A stretch of DNA of 55,619 nucleotides from Christensenella sp. UBA5489 (GTDB lineage: Bacteria > Bacillota > Clostridia > Christensenellales > UBA1242). The stretch covers positions 10,189 to 65,807 of the forward strand of contig DIPL01000020.1 in assembly GCA_002424095.1 (NCBI GenBank), given 5' to 3'. A program made the translations under genes and the position numbers. Within the stretch, counting starts at the first letter, position 1, and each line of letters starts with the position of its first letter. Shown piece after piece: positions 9,564 to 17,211 of this stretch. Below the pieces are notes generated by a model. It made no database searches. It was not told where the DNA came from and saw only the letters and a list, made by a program, of their open reading frames with translations.

Positions 9564-10892
9564 CTACTTTTTTGTCGGCTTTGCACTTTTTATGGCTTTG
9601 ACTTTTTCATTTTTATCAAAGGTTTTAGTACTTTTACTGCCACTTTTGTTAGCGGTTTTGGTGCTGGCTTTACCGCTGGTTTTATTTTCTGTTTTATTTA
9701 TGACCTTGTCCTTGGTGCTACTGCCTTTTTTATCATCTGTCTTTGTTTTTTTAATAGCAATTTTCTTATCAAGTCCTTTTATATAACAGCGTCTGCGTTT
9801 ATGTTGTATGTGGTCATAGTTGTCCCAAATGTTCTGTATTTTAACATTATCTTCCAGCATTAAATTTGTTTCGCAATATTCCAATTTTTCTTCTATCATA
9901 GTTTTCATAATTTCGTTAATTACAACTGCTGGCAATCCTTTGTTCAAATATTTTTGGTTGACGCCAATAAGTCCAAAATCTGCACGCTTACCGAATTTTA
10001 TTGCTCGCAATAATCTAAAAATTCCAAATGGAAAAATTCTACCCTTAGATTTTCTTATAGCATCAGATAAAGATGGAATAACAAATCCAAATGCAATTAC
10101 CTTATCGTTTTCATCTAAAATTGTAACAATATATTTTAATTTAAGAAATGATTCAAACTGACAAATAATTTGGTTTCGTAATTCATCTGTGAAAGGAATA
10201 GTTCCATATAGTGGTCCGTAAGCTTCATCAATAATATTGAAAATTCCTTCTTTATATTTATTTATATATTTTTTCTTGCTTTTTTCTTTCGCAATTTTTA
10301 AATTATAACGTTTAAGCACTGAAAAGGACAAACGTTGAACTCTTGCATCCATTTCTTTTGGCGGAAATAAGCGATATTCAAACCAGTCAACTTCTTTTGA
10401 ATAACCACATTTTTCAATCAAGCGAGGATAATATTCAAAGTTATATTGCTCTTCAAATGTTGCGAGATAATCAAAGCCCTCAATTAAAAGCCCTTCACGG
10501 TCAAGGTCGTTAAAACCGAGAGGTCCGTGAACCACATTCATTCCTTTTTCTTTTGCCCAATTTTCAACCGCATTGAAAAGAGTCGTGGCAACTTCTTGGT
10601 CATCTATGCAGTCAAATCTTGTAAATCTAATTCTTTTTTCTTTTGTTTTTTGATTATAGGCTTTTTGCAATATACCCGCAATTCGCCCAACAGGTTTAGG
10701 ATTATCATCTTTGTAAGCCAAATAATAAACTGCATCGCAATCTTTATAGTAAACATTATTTTTATCGAAAAGTTTCATTTCATCCATTCTCAAAGGATGT
10801 ACATAGTATTCGCAAGATTTATATAATTTCGTAGGAAAATCCACAAACTGATTTTGTTGAGATTTTGTTTTTACTTCTTTAATTGTTATCAT
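9564..10892 (-). CDS. GNAT-fold (acyl-CoA N-acyltransferase-like) protein with K/T/S-rich basic tail
   Basis: The N-terminus MITIKEV..FVDFPTKLY....YYVHPLRMDE resembles an uncharacterised N-acetyltransferase family. The last ~70 aa are low-complexity K/S/T. Confidence 0.45.
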   Translation of the reverse strand: MITIKEVKTKSQQNQFVDFPTKLYKSCEYYVHPLRMDEMKLFDKNNVYYKDCDAVYYLAYKDDNPKPVGRIAGILQKAYNQKTKEKRIRFTRFDCIDDQEVATTLFNAVENWAKEKGMNVVHGPLGFNDLDREGLLIEGFDYLATFEEQYNFEYYPRLIEKCGYSKEVDWFEYRLFPPKEMDARVQRLSFSVLKRYNLKIAKEKSKKKYINKYKEGIFNIIDEAYGPLYGTIPFTDELRNQIICQFESFLKLKYIVTILDENDKVIAFGFVIPSLSDAIRKSKGRIFPFGIFRLLRAIKFGKRADFGLIGVNQKYLNKGLPAVVINEIMKTMIEEKLEYCETNLMLEDNVKIQNIWDNYDHIQHKRRRCYIKGLDKKIAIKKTKTDDKKGSSTKDKVINKTENKTSGKASTKTANKSGSKSTKTFDKNEKVKAIKSAKPTKK

Positions 10893-11119
10893 AATAATTA
10901 ATTATACATTTAAAAAAACTAAAAATCAACAAATTAATACATTTTGTTACATTTAATAAATAATTATTTAATAAACTGATATTTTTAAAAAATCAATTAA
11001 AAAAATCTCTATTAATGCTTTATGAAATTTATTTTAAGCATTGCGAATTTAGATAGTATTTTTTTTAATCTTGCTTGATTTTGCCATAATTCAACAAAAT
11101 CATTAATATAATTAATTTT

Positions 11120-12658
11120 GTGAAGTCAATTTTTAAGGCAGTGGCTTTAATCACTTTTTTTACAGTAATAACAAGATTACTGGGATTTTTTTTCCGTGTC
11201 TTTTTATCAAGAGAAATCGGCGCCGAAGCACTTGGAATTTATCAAGTTTCGCTTTCCGTTTTTACGGTGCTTATAACGCTCGTTGCCAGTGGACTTCCGC
11301 TTGTAATCTCTAAAATTTCAGCAAGGTTACAATCAAGTGGAGATGCAAAAAAAGAAAGTTCAATGGTTACGACAGCGCTAATAATTTCACTTATTACCTC
11401 CATAATTGCTTGTCTTATAGTTCTTATTTTTAATAAAGTTTTGGGGGCAATTTTTACAGATGAAAGATGCATTATTCTTTTAATTCTACTTTTGCCGGGT
11501 GTTATTTGTTCCGCCGTATATTCAACATTCAGAGGGGCATTATGGGGACATTCAAACTATTTCGGACTTTGTATATCCGAACTTTTCGAACAAGTTGTAA
11601 GAATCGTAATATGCGTCATAATGCTCGGAGGTGCAATAACTTTAATGGACGGAGCAATGACTGCCGCCACATCTTTGACAATTGCTTGTTTCTGTTCTTG
11701 CATTTTCGTCGTAATTTTATATTTTGCCTATGGCGGTCGCCTTGCACGTCCTAAGGGATTTGCAAAAGAATTAATTAAAACATCAACGCCGATTACAAGT
11801 GTAAGACTTGCATCAAGTTTAATTCAGCCACTTATTGCAATAATAATTCCTTTGCGACTCGTTGCCGCTGGAATGTCCGGACCAGAAGCAATGGCTCTTT
11901 ATGGAATTGCAATAGGTATGACACTTCCATTTCTTTTTATTCCCTCAGCATTAATAGGTTCTCTTGGTATTGCACTTGTGCCAGACCTTTCCGCTGCTGT
12001 AACTCAACAGGATACAAATCACGTTAAAAACAGAGCAACTTCTTCAATTATTATTACTCTTTTTATTTCCTGTTTCTTTGTTCCTTTATATATGGGGGCA
12101 GGCGAAAATATTGGTTTATTCTTTTATGATAACATAGCAAGCGGGCGATTGCTTGTTTATTCTGCGTGGCTTATGATTCCTATTGGGCTTACAAACATAA
12201 CCTCATCAATATTAAATGCACTTGGTTGTGAAATGAAATCAATGAAAAATTATATTTTCGGTTCAATTTTAATGTTGATTGCAATGTGGGTTTTACCACA
12301 GTTTATTGGTGTAAGTGCCGCTATTGTCGCAATGGGGCTTTGTTTAACTTTATCAAGTTTTTTGAATTTAAGAATGATTAATAAAGTTTCGGGTAGTAAA
12401 ATTATCATAAGAAATCAACTTATTAAAATTCTTCTTATTTCAATTCCTGTTGCAAGTTTAGTAAGTTTTTTAACAAATCTTTTAAATCACTTTGTACCGC
12501 TTTTCTTCAATCTTGCAACTTCGTGCAGTCTTGGAGCATTTTTCTTCCTTGCATTATGTCATATGTTCAATATAATGGACATTAAAATTTGGATTCTTAA
12601 TATCTTGAAAAAGAAAAAACCGTCAAGAAGATTATCAAAGCAAAAGCTTAGGGTATAG
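11120..12658 (+). CDS. MOP-superfamily flippase (SpoVB / MurJ-like polysaccharide or lipid II flippase)
   Basis: 512 aa with about 14 predicted TM helices. The N-terminus FFRVFLSREIGAEALGIYQ is typical of SpoVB/MurJ-type proteins. GTG start. Confidence 0.75.
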   Translation: MKSIFKAVALITFFTVITRLLGFFFRVFLSREIGAEALGIYQVSLSVFTVLITLVASGLPLVISKISARLQSSGDAKKESSMVTTALIISLITSIIACLIVLIFNKVLGAIFTDERCIILLILLLPGVICSAVYSTFRGALWGHSNYFGLCISELFEQVVRIVICVIMLGGAITLMDGAMTAATSLTIACFCSCIFVVILYFAYGGRLARPKGFAKELIKTSTPITSVRLASSLIQPLIAIIIPLRLVAAGMSGPEAMALYGIAIGMTLPFLFIPSALIGSLGIALVPDLSAAVTQQDTNHVKNRATSSIIITLFISCFFVPLYMGAGENIGLFFYDNIASGRLLVYSAWLMIPIGLTNITSSILNALGCEMKSMKNYIFGSILMLIAMWVLPQFIGVSAAIVAMGLCLTLSSFLNLRMINKVSGSKIIIRNQLIKILLISIPVASLVSFLTNLLNHFVPLFFNLATSCSLGAFFFLALCHMFNIMDIKIWILNILKKKKPSRRLSKQKLRV

Positions 12659-12763
12659 AATGACAAAATGCGGAGAAAGAGTTTATCAAACAAATTCAAC
12701 AATTAATTTTGCGGGATTGAGAAATTGCAAAAGAAAACGACTCGTCGACTTTTCCTTCAATAT

Positions 12764-12793
12764 AAAAAAACCGATATAAGTATCGGGTTTTTA
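12764..12793. terminator. bidirectional intrinsic terminator between convergent flippase and yloV
   Basis: CCGATA-taag-TATCGG hairpin flanked by an A-run on the left and a T-run on the right. Confidence 0.5.
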
Positions 12794-12895
12794 TTAACAT
12801 TTTATTAAATTTTCGGAAATATTCTAAATTTAAAATATAATCGTGTTAGTTGCAGAAAATTAAAAGCAGCATTGCATAAAATAATTTTAAAAGTT

Positions 12896-14530
12896 TTATT
12901 CCATTGAAATAATATAATAATAAACTGGTTGACCGCCATCTATCATTGTGATTTCGCAACTTGGATATTTCGCTGACAATTTTTCTTGTAAGGCAAGAGC
13001 CTCTTCCTCTCGCACATCTTCTCCATAGAAAAGTGTTATATTACAAATATCATCAGTAATGAGTTTTTCAATGAGTTTTTCAGTTGTTGGAGAAACAAGT
13101 TTTCCTTTTGAAATTATTGCCTTGTCATCCAAACCTATGATTTCACCGACCGACAAATCAAAACCATCTATATGTGTACTGCGAATTGCATATGTTACAG
13201 ATGCAGTTTTTATGTTTTTATATGACTGTTTCATCGCACTTATATTGTCTTTAATCGTTTCCTCAGGATTGAATGAAAGAACAGCTGAAATTCCTTCGGA
13301 AATATTCTTTGTTGGAATTACGTGCAAAGTTTTCGTTACAAGTGCTTTTGCCTGTTCAGCTGCCAAAATAATATTTTTATTATTCGGGAAAATTATTACA
13401 TTTTTTGCAGGAACATTTTCAATTGCTTTTGCAATATCATCCGCACTCGGATTCATTGTTTGTCCACCTTCAATGATTTCATCGACCGACAAGTCTTTAA
13501 AAATGCTAGAAATTCCCTTTCCCGGTGCCACAGCAACCATACCAATTTCTTTTAAATCTTGTGTTTTTTGAACCTTTCTTTTAAGTTCTCGATTTTGTTC
13601 ACGCATATTATCAATTTTTAAACTGTTGATTTCGCCAAGTTCAAGCGCATAACCGAGAGCCAAATTCGGTGTATTCGTGTGAACGTGAACTTTAACAAGC
13701 GACAAATCGCCAACGCAAATGACACTATCGCCAAGTTTCATAAGCTTTTCACGCAATTTTTCAATGTCGGCATCGGTTGTTTTCTTATTCATATGAATTA
13801 TGACATATTCAGTGCAATATCCGAATTCAATTTCGCCAAGATTATGAATATCTGGCAATACATCGTCGACGGTTTCGGCTGCGGCGACTTTTTCTTCAAA
13901 ATTAAATTCCATATCTTCGTCAATTAAACCTTGATAAAAACCTGTGAAAATAACAAGAAGTCCTTTTCCGCCCGCATCGACAACACCCGCTTTTTTAAGA
14001 ACAGGCAACATATCTGGTGTTTGTTTTAAAATTTCATCACCTTTTTCCAACAGAAGTGGAAAAAAAGTTTCAAAATCCGAAGTCTTTTTTGCAATTTCTT
14101 CCGCCATATCTGACATAACTCGAATCACTGTAAGCATTGTGCCTTCTTTTGGCTTTGTTACTGCTTTATATGCGACTTTCGAACCTTCTTTCAATGCTTT
14201 TGCAAATTGTTTTGTTGTGATTTCTTTATATTCTCTTATAACCGAACAAAATCCCTTGAAAATTTGAGATGTAATAACACCTGAATTCCCTCTTGCTCCA
14301 CGCAAAGCACCTTTCGAAAAAGCATCAGCAAGACAAGAAAATTCGTTGTCTAAACATTTGGCAACTTCTGCCGTTGCCGCCTTTAAAGTCAAAAACATAT
14401 TTGTTCCCGTATCGCCATCAGGCACAGGAAAAACATTGAGTGTATCAACAAGTTTTTTATTTTGTTCTAGCAGACTGGTTCCGCACGCTATCATTCTTCG
14501 GAAACTTGCCCCGCTTATAAGTTTTTGCAT
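12896..14530 (-). CDS. yloV: DAK2-domain protein YloV
   Basis: 544 aa with the DhaL-type motif DGDTGTNM. SD AGGAG precedes the start. It directly follows an Asp23-family gene, as in the Bacillus yloU-yloV pair. Confidence 0.9.
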   Translation of the reverse strand: MQKLISGASFRRMIACGTSLLEQNKKLVDTLNVFPVPDGDTGTNMFLTLKAATAEVAKCLDNEFSCLADAFSKGALRGARGNSGVITSQIFKGFCSVIREYKEITTKQFAKALKEGSKVAYKAVTKPKEGTMLTVIRVMSDMAEEIAKKTSDFETFFPLLLEKGDEILKQTPDMLPVLKKAGVVDAGGKGLLVIFTGFYQGLIDEDMEFNFEEKVAAAETVDDVLPDIHNLGEIEFGYCTEYVIIHMNKKTTDADIEKLREKLMKLGDSVICVGDLSLVKVHVHTNTPNLALGYALELGEINSLKIDNMREQNRELKRKVQKTQDLKEIGMVAVAPGKGISSIFKDLSVDEIIEGGQTMNPSADDIAKAIENVPAKNVIIFPNNKNIILAAEQAKALVTKTLHVIPTKNISEGISAVLSFNPEETIKDNISAMKQSYKNIKTASVTYAIRSTHIDGFDLSVGEIIGLDDKAIISKGKLVSPTTEKLIEKLITDDICNITLFYGEDVREEEALALQEKLSAKYPSCEITMIDGGQPVYYYIISME

Positions 14531-14553
14531 ATTTTACTCCTAAACCAAAGCGC

Positions 14554-14904
14554 CTAGACCTGAACGCCAACCACATGGACATTCACATTTTCAACAATCA
14601 TTCCTGTAAAATTTTCTACCTTGTATTTAACTGATTTTTTAAGGCTTTCGGCAACTGCGGAAAGAGAAACTCCATACTTTAAAATACAATAAATATCGAT
14701 AATTATTCGATTATCGACATTGGAAATGTGAACACCTTTCGAATAAGGCTGTTGTTTGATAAAGTCAATTAGGTTATCTTTAATATTTTTAGAAACCAAG
14801 TCAACAACGCCATAACATTCCAAAGCAGCGAAACCCGCAACGACAGCAATTGCGCCGTTGCTTATAGTAATTTTGCCATAATAGTTATTTGTATCTACCG
14901 TCAA
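14554..14904 (-). CDS. yloU: Asp23/Gls24-family protein (YloU-like)
   Basis: 116 aa. GKITISNGAIAVVAGFAALECYGVV is the typical Asp23 N-terminus. TTG start at 14904. Confidence 0.85.
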   Translation of the reverse strand: MTVDTNNYYGKITISNGAIAVVAGFAALECYGVVDLVSKNIKDNLIDFIKQQPYSKGVHISNVDNRIIIDIYCILKYGVSLSAVAESLKKSVKYKVENFTGMIVENVNVHVVGVQV

Positions 14905-15100
14905 TTTTGGGTTCCTTTATTTATTTTGGCGTTTGTTTATTGATTTTGTTTTTAATAATTTTTTATAATTAAAATATTAATTTACAAAATGAAATTAACA
15001 ATTATATAATACACTAAATAATTATATTTATCAAGAAAAAATCAGTAATATTTTATATTAAAAATTTTTGTTTTAGGTTTTAAAAAGTTATTAAAGACAC

Positions 15101-15129
15101 TTGCAAAAGTCAATTAAATATGTTAAACT
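15101..15129 (+). promoter_or_regulatory. sigma-A-like promoter for rpmB
   Basis: TTGCAA, 17 nt, TAAACT, about 65 nt upstream of the rpmB ATG. Confidence 0.4.
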
Positions 15130-15193
15130 AACATACAATTTTAAAAATATATTATTTTCTATATAATTATAAGGAAAATTTAAGGAGAAAGAA

Positions 15194-15373
15194 ATGAGCA
15201 GAGTTTGCGATATTTGCCGAAAACAAAAAATGAGCGGAAGTAAAGTTAGCCATTCGAATAGAAAACATAATCGTTCATTTGATATTAATTTGCAAAACGT
15301 TACAGTTGAAGATAACGGTCAAAAAAGAAAAATCAAAGCATGCACGAAATGTATTAAATCAATTAAGGCATAA
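15194..15373 (+). CDS. rpmB: 50S ribosomal protein L28
   Basis: Not in the ORF track (59 aa). My translation is MSRVCDICRKQKMSGSKVSHSNRKHNRSFDINLQNVTVEDNGQKRKIKACTKCIKSIKA. SD AAGGAG lies 6 nt upstream. Orientation is opposite to yloU-yloV, as in Bacillus. Confidence 0.9.
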   Translation: MSRVCDICRKQKMSGSKVSHSNRKHNRSFDINLQNVTVEDNGQKRKIKACTKCIKSIKA

Positions 15374-15400
15374 TTTTAATTTATTTATAAAATTTCAATG

Positions 15401-15430
15401 TCTTTGCTTAAATGCAAAGATATTTTTTTA
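15401..15430 (+). terminator. intrinsic terminator of rpmB
   Basis: TCTTTGC-ttaaat-GCAAAGA hairpin followed by TATTTTTTT. Confidence 0.65.
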
Positions 15431-15510
15431 TTTTTAATAGAAAAAGAAAATAAATTATAATTATTTATAATTTATTTTTATTGAATTTTTATGTAAATAT
15501 TTAAAGAATA

Positions 15511-15591
15511 TTAATTAATAACTTTTTTCCTTAAAAAAATTTTTATTAACTTAGATAATATTTTAGGCGCTTTAAAACAAATTATTTTCAT
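15511..15591 (-). CDS. spoVM: stage V sporulation protein M-like 26-aa amphipathic peptide
   Basis: Not in the ORF track. Translation is MKIICFKAPKILSKLIKIFLRKKVIN, with SD AGGAG 5 nt upstream. It has the same length as B. subtilis SpoVM (MKFYTIKLPKFLGGIVRAMLGSFRKD) and shares M1 K2 K7 P9 K10 L12 L20. It also sits next to rpmB, as spoVM does in B. subtilis. Confidence 0.65.
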   Translation of the reverse strand: MKIICFKAPKILSKLIKIFLRKKVIN

Positions 15592-15652
15592 AAGTTCTCC
15601 TATATAAGTCTATTCCAAAATTAAAATTTTTGTTAATTTTTAAATTTAATTT

Positions 15653-16633
15653 TTATTCAATCATGCTACTTATTTTTATATTTCTACCGTTTAAAAAATT
15701 CTTTGCCGACATTCTCGCACTGTTTGGAAACTGTAATTCCAAAATTTCGATATACCCATCAGCGGTTTTTATTATAAGTCCTTGACTGTTTGACGCAACA
15801 ACAATTTCTCCCGCTTTTTTCTCTGTATTCATTAAATTAATTTCTTTCTCTGTTGTTAGTTGCTGAGATATATTTTTGCTCTCATTCCCATTGATTTCCT
15901 GTGCTTTGAAAACTTTATATTTTGTTCCATCTAATTCAAAAAAAGCCGCAGGTGACGGACTGTATGCCCTTATTTTGTTTATTAAATCAGCAGTATTATT
16001 GTTAAAATCAAGTTTTGAACTTTGCTTTGTTATAATAGATGTAAAGGTTGCTTCGCTATGACTTTGAGGTGTGAAAACTGACTTGTTTTGCTCAATTAAA
16101 TCAAGGCATTCGACAAGCACTTTACCACCGAGTTTGGCAAGTTTTTCAAACAAAGTTTGAGAATTGTCATCAGGAGAAATTGCAATTTTATTTTGCAGTA
16201 ACACATCACCAGCATCGACGTCGTTCGCCATTTTTATGATAGAAATACCAGTTTCGGTTTCACCGTTAAGAATAGCAGATTGAACCGGCGATGGACCACG
16301 ATATTTCGGCAATAACGAAGGATGCAGATTTATTGGTAATGCAATATCTAAAATTTCTTTTTTTAAAATTTGTCCAAAAGCAACTAAAACTAAAACATCA
16401 GGCTTTAATTTTTTTAAAATATTGACGCCGTCCTCGTTGATATTTTCAAATTGAAAAACTGGCAACTTTTTTTCCAGTGCCAACATTTTCACAGGCGACA
16501 TTTGTATTTTTTTTCCACGTCCAGCGGGTTTGTCGGGTTTGGTTACAACCGCCACCACTTTATGATGAGAGCGTAAAATTTCATCCAAACAAACTTTTGC
16601 AATTTCGGGAGTTCCTAAAAAAACAATTTTCAT
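15653..16633 (-). CDS. fmt: methionyl-tRNA formyltransferase
   Basis: IVFLGTPEIA, HPSLLPKYRGPSP and a C-terminal formyltransferase domain. I prefer ATG 16633 (AAAGGTG upstream); the ORF-track start at 16639 is a GTG. Confidence 0.9.
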   Translation of the reverse strand: MKIVFLGTPEIAKVCLDEILRSHHKVVAVVTKPDKPAGRGKKIQMSPVKMLALEKKLPVFQFENINEDGVNILKKLKPDVLVLVAFGQILKKEILDIALPINLHPSLLPKYRGPSPVQSAILNGETETGISIIKMANDVDAGDVLLQNKIAISPDDNSQTLFEKLAKLGGKVLVECLDLIEQNKSVFTPQSHSEATFTSIITKQSSKLDFNNNTADLINKIRAYSPSPAAFFELDGTKYKVFKAQEINGNESKNISQQLTTEKEINLMNTEKKAGEIVVASNSQGLIIKTADGYIEILELQFPNSARMSAKNFLNGRNIKISSMIE

Positions 16634-16677
16634 TTTCACCTTTATTTTATTTGGTTTTAAAGAATAAAAATACTCAA

Positions 16678-17154
16678 TTATTTTTTATTTTCTTTTAATT
16701 CTTTTTCCATTATGTCAATATATAAAATTCCGTCCAAGTGGTCAAGTTCATGGCAAAGACAACGTGCTAAAAATTTTTCGCCTTTAATTATAAATTTATT
16801 CCCATAGCGGTCGAATGCTTGAACCGTAACTTCCAGCGGGCGTTTTACCAAACCACGCTTTCCTGGAACGCTCAAACAGGCTTCTTCGCACGTTTCTTCT
16901 TCCTTACTTTTTGAAATTATTGTAGGGTTAACAAGTTCCAAAAACATATTATTCAAATTGATGATAACAACTCTTTTTAAAATTCCAACTTGTGGAGCAG
17001 CAAGACCAACGCCATTATCTGTTCGTTCAAGTGTTTGTGCCATATCATCTAGCAAAATTCCTAGCGATTCATCATCTTGCACAAACTCTTTAACAATTTT
17101 AGATTTTTTTCTTAATACTTCGTTTTCCACTGTCGTGATTTCTCTATATGCCAT
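16678..17154 (-). CDS. def: peptide deformylase
   Basis: All three motifs are present: GLAAPQVG, EACLSVPG, HELDHLDG. Confidence 0.95.
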   Translation of the reverse strand: MAYREITTVENEVLRKKSKIVKEFVQDDESLGILLDDMAQTLERTDNGVGLAAPQVGILKRVVIINLNNMFLELVNPTIISKSKEEETCEEACLSVPGKRGLVKRPLEVTVQAFDRYGNKFIIKGEKFLARCLCHELDHLDGILYIDIMEKELKENKK

Positions 17155-17211
17155 TTTACTTTTCTCTTTTAATTTCTATTTAAGTATTATCTAAAAAACA
17201 ATAAAACTCTT

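Noticed and set aside
12660-12779. 39-aa ORF (MTKCGERVYQTNSTINFAGLRNCKRKRLVDFSFNIKKPI) directly after the flippase stop
   Set aside because: It has only a weak SD-like AGGG, runs into the terminator hairpin and resembles nothing I know. It is most likely non-coding 3' UTR.
13059-13571. 170-aa antisense ORF inside yloV. Similar long antisense ORFs occur inside proS (36354-36839), gpmI (40395-40895), the Ca2+-ATPase (49979-50428, 50894-51379) and priA.
   Set aside because: All are embedded opposite genes with unmistakable family motifs. They have no SD and show biased low-complexity composition, which is typical of shadow ORFs.
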